A stretch of DNA of 64,000 nucleotides, from the NCBI GenBank assembly GCA_964394925.1, contig CAYMZG010000006.1:16256-80255 (forward strand). Reading direction: 5' to 3'. The notes below the pieces were generated by a model. That model saw only the letters and a list, made by a program, of their open reading frames with translations, had not been told where the DNA came from and ran no database searches. This stretch comes from an uncultured Candidatus Saccharibacteria bacterium (GTDB lineage: Bacteria > Patescibacteriota > Saccharimonadia > Saccharimonadales > CAYLGV01). Below are positions 26,601 to 33,178 of the stretch, in pieces. The position numbers were made by a program, and so were the translations under genes. Positions within the stretch are counted from its first letter, which is position 1. Each line of letters starts with the position of its first letter.

Positions 26601-26820
26601 CAACCGAGCACCAACGGCCGCAGCTTCAACTACCACGCAAGCAGGTACGTTAACGGTGAATAACGGTGATGGTGTTGTAAGACCAATTCAGATGACCTAT
26701 CGCTTTGTGGTTACCGCAAATGGAACAGTAAGCTTCCGTTGTGGTAACGCTGCGCCAGCAGCTGGACGTACATCAACGCTTAACTCGGGCGCAATTATGC
26801 TCGCGCGTCGCATCGATTAA
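20692..26820 (+). CDS. Giant membrane-anchored fibre protein with three tail-fibre-like tip units (2,042 aa)
   Basis: GTG start is the first start codon after an in-frame TAA. The N-terminus is basic with one TM helix (VGLGLFLVLVSLAVISY). A post-anchor domain follows (ELNFQARLMNASGGIVPDGNSYSVQFKLYD...LKLTAVPYAF). There are two GN[SA]FGA..LGT.DNN.L.F.TNG motifs, two poly-Gly hinges, and three tip-like beta-sandwich-type segments. Two of these are preceded by GAMYY....FRC...G.W.DC. Confidence 0.9.
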   Translation: MSKTRRPIDILRRTRRKPGIVRALQRVGLGLFLVLVSLAVISYTRAGARVGTYAGVSTRAYAAGSSELNFQARLMNASGGIVPDGNSYSVQFKLYDAASGGTNEWTETQGSMTVKSGYLSVHLGSVTPFGSSIDWSQEHWLTMNVNGDGEMSPRLKLTAVPYAFRSGQADKLTNGSGTLTANDLAQLAPSSVQAVNTALAALRINQQGSGLLAQLQGNGSDVFTVAKTGDVTSTGSASFDGNGTFKGGQLTVGTASQQGKLSLHDGAGNTLTLQSGAQSGNLTFTLPTSYGNNLECLKTNGSGVLSFGGCAPANAYTNGGNSFGAAATLGTQDNNSLSFVTNGSQRMLLDTAGNITLGTVDTTGSLLVLDTKSNAGDPTGSNGAMYYNSFMGKFRCYENGGWTDCISGASANTSANFVSGLQNVASNQTGAVVETMIFTSATAVSNTAGVTGFTAPANGSFRSCMVKNTAAITAGTLSVRWRVNGVSVGSAMCTMDSTNNRQTAGTLNSGVVTFNAGDTIGIAFDTSAGFLPTGTNDFTVYWGVDYTGGGGGGGGNVFDLQDAYDNSINASILTANNKDLTVSLANTSIDSNFIVDIQSGSTGEFKVQNNGTDVLRVNSNGDITSNGGLTLGNSTSTTAGTIRWTGLDFEGFDGATWKSLTSGGGGGGSGISSNYVNLVKQTNETVNNSIALQDDDELAFNIGANEEWTYRFVVQANSGTVPDLRFAVSAPAGATCFVSFSDPEGATSDGQYGCGVTSVSIPGNGAVDLYEITGSVKNGATPGVVRLRWAQFTLNASNTIVYAGSYVNAYRTIGSGGAGQPFAQSGNAFGATAVLGTTDNNALNFITNGTQVLSLATSGLATFQGGVTTNGALTVSSGGLAVTGNGSVSGGLTIGSSNALSISSSGDITGTMQALNGSSTASGAGTNSTSLVLASVTNFDVGNYVQVSSTNCTTGVNVCYAKITAIDIGTNTLTITPALTWANGSVVVEYHVPELGGSNTSQPLANRFGRGYFISGIATGNGTTYYNEDSITTSLTSFDLLNSGVTTLNIGGSATTLNLGNASTTTTISGNVQFTGSVTAPTSGTSGYLSRSGTTLSPSNSGDNFTTSGNISTTGTGGITSAGAISGATTGNTINGLVINSGALSNITTLNASGLATVNGLDAGAGQITSSGGLSITGTSSINGNSISSTQFTFGGAGTITTGSNGNLTLVPNGSGSLVLNTGTGGTATTNITTLQRTAAGSLTFDLNDTGSTTLTLNNSGTGVANLNLTDGGLYTAGTQRIANGGALQNVTGDNTNGVSLNANVITSGTLSTARGGTGVNGSGATNGQLLIGNGSGFTLSSLTNDGGLTITNGAGSIGIGVNYGSTSTSAVRGDTGLVCASGTGNLTGGGNTVTLGAGGTCSALDTAAAVSFGTSVTTPLLTTAGALNINTANSAAANTGAITIKSGDASTGANLSAGTITLDTGTKTGAGTALINIGNTNATSLVLGNASTTTTLNGTGLTLGAGLNTITRTAAGTTTFNLVDTANTTFAFTNTGAGNLNLTADGTITAGSGLTVSANGASISGGLNNNSGGISGAGSITGVGTNITATAGLTIGSGGTGDLTLDSASNKLVIAANDTTMQRTATGSFTIDLNDTGATTLVINNSGTGAANLNLSDGGLQVAGTSVLTNGAALQNIAGFGQTSGNFAMSGTGTFATGSGNVGLNGATTISTNANSTSSLTVNGTTGTAATAMNIAQTGAAGNLAMTNTAATSQALVSLTQSTSAYTGTGLLINMASGSGTFASGNFADFQLNGTSRFTVDNTGALTINSTNGNALKVTNTSGVSYFDVDTSGNQITVGAADATTVLFVLDSSSTTSDPGAVAGAMYYRTSDSKFRCAEGTAWKDCLTGADFSATLSSAFTVTNGGLTAVTGFSFTATAGETWEVTVNGTTSANNATGDIACDLMTAGTWGTGQSYSQGVHYSNAGAITNRAPTAAASTTTQAGTLTVNNGDGVVRPIQMTYRFVVTANGTVSFRCGNAAPAAGRTSTLNSGAIMLARRID

Positions 26821-26892
26821 CACGAGTCAACACTGGTAGTGATAGCTATTTCGTGATACGCTTTTGGCATAGCAAAGGGGTATCAAAACAAA

Positions 26893-27651
26893 ATGGCTCA
26901 TATCATTGCGGTATTGAATCAGAAGGGTGGCGTGGGCAAAACCACCACGACCATCAACCTGGCGTCGTATCTTGCCAAAGCCGGCAAGTCGGTGCTGATT
27001 GTTGATGCAGATCCACAGGGCAATGCCACCAGTGGTCTTGGGCTGAATAAAGCCGCCGACGTTACAACCTACCAGGTACTCCTACAGCTCAATAAAGTAG
27101 AGCAGGGTATTGTGCAGTCCGAGGTTGAAGGTGTATACGTGCTACCTGCTAACACCAACCTCGCTGCTGCCGAAACCGATTTAATTGATCAACAAGGCCG
27201 TGAAGTGCGCCTGCGTGAGGCTATACATAACCTGCAATTCGATTACATACTTATAGACTGTCCACCAGCCTTAAGCTTACTCACTATTAATGCGCTGGTT
27301 GCAGCTGACTGGCTGCTGGTACCTGTCCAGGCGGAATACTATGCACTGGAAGGGCTGGGTCAGCTCATGGAAGTGTTCCAAAAGGTACGCCAGACCATGA
27401 ATCCTGGCCTAAACCTGCTCGGCGTGCTGGTAACCATGTTCGATGGACGTACCTCATTGGCAGAGCAGGTAGTTGCTGAACTACACAAGTACTTTGGCGA
27501 CAGTGTGTTTAAGACGCAGATACCACGTAATGTTAAGGTAGCCGAGGCGCCAAGTTACGGCGTGCCGGTGTCTGAACACGATAAGTGGTCCAAGGGCGCC
27601 CGTGCCTATAAACAGTTTACGAAGGAGGTGATTGGCCGTGTCGAAAGCTAA
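26893..27651 (+). CDS. parA: Chromosome partitioning ATPase ParA/Soj
   Basis: Deviant Walker A motif NQKGGVGKTTT, plus VDADPQGNATSGLG, over the full 252-aa length. SD-like AAAGGGG lies upstream. Confidence 0.95.
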   Translation: MAHIIAVLNQKGGVGKTTTTINLASYLAKAGKSVLIVDADPQGNATSGLGLNKAADVTTYQVLLQLNKVEQGIVQSEVEGVYVLPANTNLAAAETDLIDQQGREVRLREAIHNLQFDYILIDCPPALSLLTINALVAADWLLVPVQAEYYALEGLGQLMEVFQKVRQTMNPGLNLLGVLVTMFDGRTSLAEQVVAELHKYFGDSVFKTQIPRNVKVAEAPSYGVPVSEHDKWSKGARAYKQFTKEVIGRVES

Positions 27652-28501
27652 CAACCATCTTGGCCGTGGCCTCGAAAGCCTCCTGCCAAGTGATTTTGAT
27701 AAAACCATACTTTTGAGTAGTGACGAACGAATACAAAATGTGTTCATTTCCGACATTAAACCGAATCCTGGGCAGCCGCGAAAACATTTCGACGAACAGG
27801 CTATTCAGGACCTTGCGGCCTCTATAAAACAACATGGTGTGCTACAGCCAATTATTGTTGCGCCAGCGGGTAAGGGCTATGAAATTATTGCTGGTGAACG
27901 GCGTTGGCGCGCCTCACAAGTAGCCGGCCTAAAGACGATCCCTGCCATTGTTCGTGAAAAGAAAGAGCAGGACCGCCTCGAGATGGCGCTCATAGAGAAC
28001 GTGCAGCGCGTTGATTTGTCGGCACTTGAACAAGCCGTCTCGATTGAACATCTGCACACGCAGTTCAACATGAGTTACCAGCAAATTGCCGATAAGCTTG
28101 GCAAAGCAATCTCAACGGTGAGTAATTTGTCACGCTTGCTTCAACTGCCCGAAAAAGTCCAAGATGCATTGCAAGATGGCCGCATTAGCGAAGGCCATGC
28201 CCGCGCCATTCTTGCGCTTAAAGACCAGCCCGAAGCTCAAGCACGCTTGCTCCAGCTCATTGAAGGGCAGGCGTGGTCCGTTCGGCAGGCTGAGCAATTC
28301 GTGACCGCTCACAAAGAAGGTCTTAAAACCACTACTGTAGTCAAACAGCGTACGGTGCGGGAAACGCCGCAGACCAAAAAGCTCTCCGGCTACCTTGGCA
28401 GCAAAGTTACTATTCATCACACCGCCAAGGGTGGCCGCCTGGAAATACACTTCAAGAGTGACGACGAACTCAAAGACCTCTACAAAAAGCTCGAACCCTA
28501 A
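27632..28501 (+). CDS. parB: Chromosome partitioning protein ParB/Spo0J
   Basis: Motifs IKPNPGQPRK, GVLQPIIV and IIAGERRWRA are ParB-box signatures. The GTG start overlaps parA by 20 nt. Confidence 0.93.
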   Translation: MAVSKANNHLGRGLESLLPSDFDKTILLSSDERIQNVFISDIKPNPGQPRKHFDEQAIQDLAASIKQHGVLQPIIVAPAGKGYEIIAGERRWRASQVAGLKTIPAIVREKKEQDRLEMALIENVQRVDLSALEQAVSIEHLHTQFNMSYQQIADKLGKAISTVSNLSRLLQLPEKVQDALQDGRISEGHARAILALKDQPEAQARLLQLIEGQAWSVRQAEQFVTAHKEGLKTTTVVKQRTVRETPQTKKLSGYLGSKVTIHHTAKGGRLEIHFKSDDELKDLYKKLEP

Positions 28502-28510
28502 CATGCGTGC

Positions 28511-28633
28511 GCAGTCACGACATCACACTTTTATTGAGAGGGGTTTTGCTATAGTCAACAAGGAAAGCCAAGAACAATTGTTCTTTTGGCGGCTTCCCGT
28601 ACCCTCGAGATAAAAGTGTGATGTCGTGACTGC
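28511..28633. repeat. Perfect 24-bp inverted repeat with 75-nt spacer containing a 14-bp palindrome
   Basis: The left arm, 28511-28534 (gcagtcacgacatcacacttttat), is the exact reverse complement of 28610-28633. The inner palindrome agaacaattgttct is at 28571-28584. The element fills the gap between convergent parB and lepB. Confidence 0.9.
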
Positions 28634-28643
28634 CGAACGAAGT

Positions 28644-29333
28644 CTAGCCGATGAAGCTTTTGAAGGTGTTGACGGGGAAGATGCGCAAGGAGAGTTTGCC
28701 GATGATATCTTTAGCGGGCACGGTGCCAACCTGTGGGGCGCGTGAATCGAGTGAGTTGGTGCGATTATCACCAAATACGAACACCTGACCTTCGGGCACC
28801 ACCATATCGATATCACCAGTCGTAACAGCGGCTATGTTGCCTGACCAGTCATGATTGAGATCGGGGTTAAAGCCGTCAGGGTGCTCTTTGTTATAAATAG
28901 TAATCTTGCCGTTAGCAACGACGACTCGGTCACCTGGCAGCCCAAGCACTCGTTTAATGAGTTGCTTGTCGGTGTTTCCGTAAATGTCAGATAGGCCGTG
29001 TTTTACAAACACAATAACGTCGCCCCGATTTGGAATATAGTCATGACCAGTTACGCGCGCTAGAGTGCGGGGGACTTTCCATACAATCAGACGATCGTGG
29101 TTTTGAAGTGTGGTCTCCATGCTGGGGCCATCAACTTCGTATGATTGAAAAATAAAGGCTATGAGGAACAGGGCAATCAGCGGAGCGGCAATGAAAATTG
29201 CAACCGTCGACAGCACACTTCGCCACGCGCCGTTCGATTTTTTTCGAGGCACAATTGGCTCGACTTCGGTTGCTTCGGGCTGGCTTCCTGGTATACTGGA
29301 ATCTTGTTGCATGACCACAAACACTATACGCAT
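28644..29333 (-). CDS. lepB: Signal peptidase I
   Basis: N-terminal TM helix, a catalytic Ser box (DGPSMETTL) and GDNRTNSLDSR. The true start may be the second Met, 21 nt downstream. Confidence 0.9.
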   Translation of the reverse strand: MRIVFVVMQQDSSIPGSQPEATEVEPIVPRKKSNGAWRSVLSTVAIFIAAPLIALFLIAFIFQSYEVDGPSMETTLQNHDRLIVWKVPRTLARVTGHDYIPNRGDVIVFVKHGLSDIYGNTDKQLIKRVLGLPGDRVVVANGKITIYNKEHPDGFNPDLNHDWSGNIAAVTTGDIDMVVPEGQVFVFGDNRTNSLDSRAPQVGTVPAKDIIGKLSLRIFPVNTFKSFIG

Positions 29334-29428
29334 TAGCTTAGTTTTTGTCCAAGCTTATGAGCCTATGTGCAACCTTTCGTCAGCATCTCATAAGCGGTAT
29401 ACTAGATAGTAATTTCTAAGAAAGTTGT

Positions 29429-31090
29429 ATGGATAATTTCCAAAGAAAAGCTAAAAAGAATCATAACCCCATGGATGGCTTCAGCGGCTCGCGCCGCCCG
29501 ACTGGCCCACCAAAATCCATAAACCAACGGCCCGTAATTCAATCCTCTCAGTTTAAATCAAGCAATTCGTTGCAGAATTTTAAAGGAAGTGACGGTTTTA
29601 ACGCGTCACAACAACCCCTTATGTCTTCCAGTGAAACGCCCCGAAATCAACTACAGCCCAGTGCTAAAGGCCGCCAACCGCGTCGCGGTCCAGATGGCCA
29701 GATAGATTTATCATTGCCGCCCGCCGCTGCTAAGCCAAAAAAGCAGCGCAGCAAGAAGAAGGTAATTCTTCGATCCTTCGCAGTATTTCTGGTGATGGTA
29801 CTGGCAATTGGTGGCTTCCTCTTCGGCAAAGGCTACCTGAGCTTGCACAAGATCTTTAAGGGCGGTTCACAAGGCGCTGCAGCGCTGGAAGATAACGTTG
29901 ATCCAAGTCGTTTGCGAGGCGAGGGTGACGGACGTGTGAATATTTTGCTGCTTGGCCGTGGTGGTGAAGGTCATGAAGGGCCCGATCTAACAGATACGAT
30001 CCTGATTGCCAGCATTGACCCTGTTCAGAAGCAGGCCGCACTGCTAAGTATTCCTCGCGACCTTTGGGTTACGCCAGAAGGCTACGGCGGTACCAAGATC
30101 AATGCGGTCTTTGCCAATGCCAAGTATGCCGCACTTGCCAAGAAGGCCAGCAAGCAAGATGCTGAAAACGCCGGCTTTACGGCGATCGAGAAAGAAATTC
30201 AAGAAGATATTGGTATACCAATTCACTACCATGTGATGGTTGACTTCGCAGGTTTCGAGCAAGCCATTAACACCGTCGGTGGACTTGATGTGAACATTGA
30301 CTCGGCAAACACCGTTTACGAACGCATGTATGACGAGTCTCGTGGCAAACCATACATTCTTGACGTGAAGCAAGGCATGCAGCACTTCGATGGTCAGCGG
30401 GCATTATTCTACTCACGCTCTCGACATACGAGCGCCCGTGGCGACTTTGACCGTTCAGAGCGCCAACGCATGATGCTCGTGGCTCTTAAAGAAAAAGTTT
30501 TGTCACTGGGTACGTTCTCGAATCCACTCAAAATGTCACAACTCATTGATAACTTCGGTAATCATGTTCAGACCAACATGTCGTCGGTTAATGAATTGAA
30601 GCGGTTGTATGACATTGCCAAAACTATCGATTCTGGCAGTATCGCCTCGGTTGGCTTGGCAGATCCACCCAATGATTATTTGGTAACAGGTATGTATAAT
30701 GGGCTTTCAATTGTACGCCCCAAGGCTGGGCTGACTGACTTCAGCGAAGTCCAAAATTATGTGCGCAACAAGCTCAAAGATGGCTATCTGGCTAATGAAA
30801 ACGCCACCATTGCCGTGGTGAATGGCACCAATTCTACTGGGCTTGCAACCAAAAAAGCGACTGAGCTTAAATCGTTTGGCTACAATGTGGTTAGTGTTGC
30901 GGACGCCCCAACAAAGGGGTATCAGAAGACTGTCATCGTAGATCTGCGAAGTGGTCAAAAGAAATACACCAAGCACTATCTTGAGCAACGCTTTGGGGTA
31001 GGGTCAGTTGGCTCACTGCCAGACAGCAATATTCAGAACCCCGGAAACGCAGACTTTGTTATAATACTTGGGCAAGACGCAACCAATTAA
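29429..31090 (+). CDS. LytR-CpsA-Psr (LCP) family cell-envelope glycopolymer ligase with long disordered N-terminus and LytR_C-like tail
   Basis: TM helix followed by RVNILLLGRGGEGHEGPDLTDTILIASIDP..AALLSIPRDLWV, which is the LCP core. The C-terminus (IAVVNGTNSTGLATK...VIILGQD) resembles the LytR C-terminal domain. Confidence 0.88.
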   Translation: MDNFQRKAKKNHNPMDGFSGSRRPTGPPKSINQRPVIQSSQFKSSNSLQNFKGSDGFNASQQPLMSSSETPRNQLQPSAKGRQPRRGPDGQIDLSLPPAAAKPKKQRSKKKVILRSFAVFLVMVLAIGGFLFGKGYLSLHKIFKGGSQGAAALEDNVDPSRLRGEGDGRVNILLLGRGGEGHEGPDLTDTILIASIDPVQKQAALLSIPRDLWVTPEGYGGTKINAVFANAKYAALAKKASKQDAENAGFTAIEKEIQEDIGIPIHYHVMVDFAGFEQAINTVGGLDVNIDSANTVYERMYDESRGKPYILDVKQGMQHFDGQRALFYSRSRHTSARGDFDRSERQRMMLVALKEKVLSLGTFSNPLKMSQLIDNFGNHVQTNMSSVNELKRLYDIAKTIDSGSIASVGLADPPNDYLVTGMYNGLSIVRPKAGLTDFSEVQNYVRNKLKDGYLANENATIAVVNGTNSTGLATKKATELKSFGYNVVSVADAPTKGYQKTVIVDLRSGQKKYTKHYLEQRFGVGSVGSLPDSNIQNPGNADFVIILGQDATN

Positions 31091-31137
31091 TCCGGTTTCT
31101 GTATTAAGCAGGGGCCGCCCGAGGTGAAACACGAAAT

Positions 31138-31890
31138 ATGACTGCCCGTATTGTTGGAAAACTTAAACCTACACGAGGTTTTGCGCATGTTTTTCACATT
31201 CTGTTAAGTGCACTCATACCACTGTTAGTGCTAATATTTGTACGCTCGAATTTTGTACAACTGGCAGTAGCTATCATCTTAATTACCAAGTGGCGTATCT
31301 TTACGGTGCGGCCACGTTTCTGGCCCGCAATCATACGCGCTAATGCCATCGATGTGCTGGTTGGGCTTTCCACGGTGGTATTCATGGTCCACTCACACAG
31401 CGGCAGTCTTCAGTTGTTCTGGGCAATTATGTACACGCTCTGGCAGATTTATCTCAAACCAGGGCGTAGTGTGCTCAAAGTGTCTTTGCAGGCACTGGTA
31501 GGACAGACCTATGCGCTCGTAGCTATGTTCCTGGCGTGGCAGACTGCACCAATCATCCTACTCATGCTCGGAGCGTGGGCCATTTGCTACCTAGCGGCTC
31601 GACACTTCTTTACTAGTTTCGAAGAGCCATATACGCCACTGTACTCATATACCTGGGGTTATTTTGCGGCCGCATTAACCTGGGTGAACGTACACTGGCT
31701 ACTGTTTTATGGCGTACTTGCTCAGCCGGGACTGTTACTAACCGTAATTGGTTTTGGTCTCGGCAGCCTGTATTTCTTGCATGAAACTGATCGCTTAAAC
31801 AAGTTGTATCAACGTGAAATCATCTTCGTTATGGTCATGGTCGTGATGGTTGTATTGCTTCTGTCGGAGTGGGGCAGTAAAACTATTTAG
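31138..31890 (+). CDS. Polytopic integral membrane protein, unknown function
   Basis: 250 aa with about 7 hydrophobic segments. SD GAGGTG lies 11 nt upstream. No recognisable catalytic motif. Confidence 0.75.
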   Translation: MTARIVGKLKPTRGFAHVFHILLSALIPLLVLIFVRSNFVQLAVAIILITKWRIFTVRPRFWPAIIRANAIDVLVGLSTVVFMVHSHSGSLQLFWAIMYTLWQIYLKPGRSVLKVSLQALVGQTYALVAMFLAWQTAPIILLMLGAWAICYLAARHFFTSFEEPYTPLYSYTWGYFAAALTWVNVHWLLFYGVLAQPGLLLTVIGFGLGSLYFLHETDRLNKLYQREIIFVMVMVVMVVLLLSEWGSKTI

Positions 31891-31945
31891 AGACAGGGCT
31901 TCTTAAGCCTTTTATCAGATATGTGTCGTTTTATATGAGGGAAGG

Positions 31946-33178
31946 ATGGAAGAAAATAACACAATGAAGAACCCAGTAGCAAATGTAAAACCAAGTTCGA
32001 TTAAAGATAGTTCAAAGCAGAAGGCTGCCAGTATTGCCTTGTTGGTAATTATTTGTGCTGCCGCAGGTTTTGGCGGTGGCTACGTTGCTGTTAACCGAAG
32101 CAGTTCATCTAATAGTTCCACCAACACAACCATCAGCAAGGCTGATCAACGTACTGCTATTAATGAGAGCCAGCTCGTAAACGCTATTGCCAAGAACGTA
32201 GGGCCAAGCGTGGTGTCGGTAAACGTCACTAGCCAGGCGCAACAATCATTTGATTTCTTTGGCTTTGGAGGAAGTAGTGGTACCCAGCAGAGTGCCGGTA
32301 CAGGCATCATTATTAGCGACGATGGCTATATCCTTACAAACCGTCACGTGGTACCAGCCGGTACTAGCTCAGTGAGCATAACGCTCTCTGATGGCACACA
32401 GCTCGATAAGGTCGATGTCATTGGCCGGACTGCCGATAGTGATCCACTTGATGTGGCATTTCTGAAGGTCAAAGACACTAAGGGCCATAAGCTTACCAAA
32501 GCCAAACTCGGTGACTCTGCCAAGATGCAGGTTGGCGACCAAGTGGTAGCTATTGGTAATGCCCTTGGACAATTCCAAAACACCGTTACCTCGGGCATTA
32601 TTTCGGGCTATGGGCGTAGTGTCGAAGCAGGCGATTCATCGGGTGTTGGCTCTACTGAAACCCTTCAGAACCTGTTCCAGACCGACGCCGCCATTAACCA
32701 AGGTAACTCTGGTGGCCCCCTGGTTAATATTAACGGCGAAGTAATTGGTGTTAATACCGCCGTCGCTGGCAGTGGAGCGCAAAACATTGGCTTCGCTATC
32801 CCAATCAATGATGTTAAGGGCCTGGTCACCAGCGTACTTACAAAGGGCAAGCTTCAGCGACCATACTTGGGTCTGCGCTACGTTAACTTGACCGACGATT
32901 ACGCCTATCAGTACAACCTCAATACCAAGCGCGGTGCTTACATTGTGCCAAGCCGTGGCAGCTTGCCTGCGATTCAGCCTGGTAGCCCTGCCGAAAAAGC
33001 TGGCCTAAAAGAGAAGGACATCATTACCAAGATTGATGGTACTCCAGTCGACGAAAACAATAGTCTTACTTCGCTGATTGGTCGCAAGGCCGTCGGTGAC
33101 GAAGTGACACTCACTGTGGTTCGCGACGGTAAAGAGCAAACGATTAAAGTTAAGCTCGAAGCAGCTCCCACCAACTAA
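31946..33178 (+). CDS. htrA: HtrA/DegP-family serine protease with PDZ domain
   Basis: Catalytic triad context is present: TNRHVV, DVAFLKV and GNSGGPLVNINGEVIGVNTA. The C-terminal PDZ-like segment reads PGSPAEKAGLKEKDIITKIDG. SD is GAGGGAAGG. Confidence 0.93.
   Translation: MEENNTMKNPVANVKPSSIKDSSKQKAASIALLVIICAAAGFGGGYVAVNRSSSSNSSTNTTISKADQRTAINESQLVNAIAKNVGPSVVSVNVTSQAQQSFDFFGFGGSSGTQQSAGTGIIISDDGYILTNRHVVPAGTSSVSITLSDGTQLDKVDVIGRTADSDPLDVAFLKVKDTKGHKLTKAKLGDSAKMQVGDQVVAIGNALGQFQNTVTSGIISGYGRSVEAGDSSGVGSTETLQNLFQTDAAINQGNSGGPLVNINGEVIGVNTAVAGSGAQNIGFAIPINDVKGLVTSVLTKGKLQRPYLGLRYVNLTDDYAYQYNLNTKRGAYIVPSRGSLPAIQPGSPAEKAGLKEKDIITKIDGTPVDENNSLTSLIGRKAVGDEVTLTVVRDGKEQTIKVKLEAAPTN

Noticed and set aside
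1-26820. Whether the island is a prophage or phage remnant, given the tail-fibre-like motifs.
   Set aside because: - There is no capsid, terminase, portal, tail tube or sheath, baseplate, integrase or lysis gene, and no att-like repeat.
- The proteins carry N-terminal membrane anchors.
- The motifs more likely reflect shared fibre architecture than a prophage.
28511-28633. Interpreting the 24-bp inverted-repeat element as a MITE or IS remnant.
   Set aside because: - There is no flanking target-site duplication.
- There is no second copy in this window and no transposase.
- It is kept as a finding of unknown function rather than called a mobile element.
26821-28643. Search for a parS centromere (tGTTTCACGTGAAACa-like) in and around parAB. 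Candidates were the hairpin at 26855-26884 upstream of parA and a ccacgtaatg site near 27520.
   Set aside because: - No site matches the parS palindrome at more than about half of its positions.
- The 26855-26884 hairpin (11 bp with one mismatch) has no parS similarity and no U-tract.
- I therefore left it unannotated.
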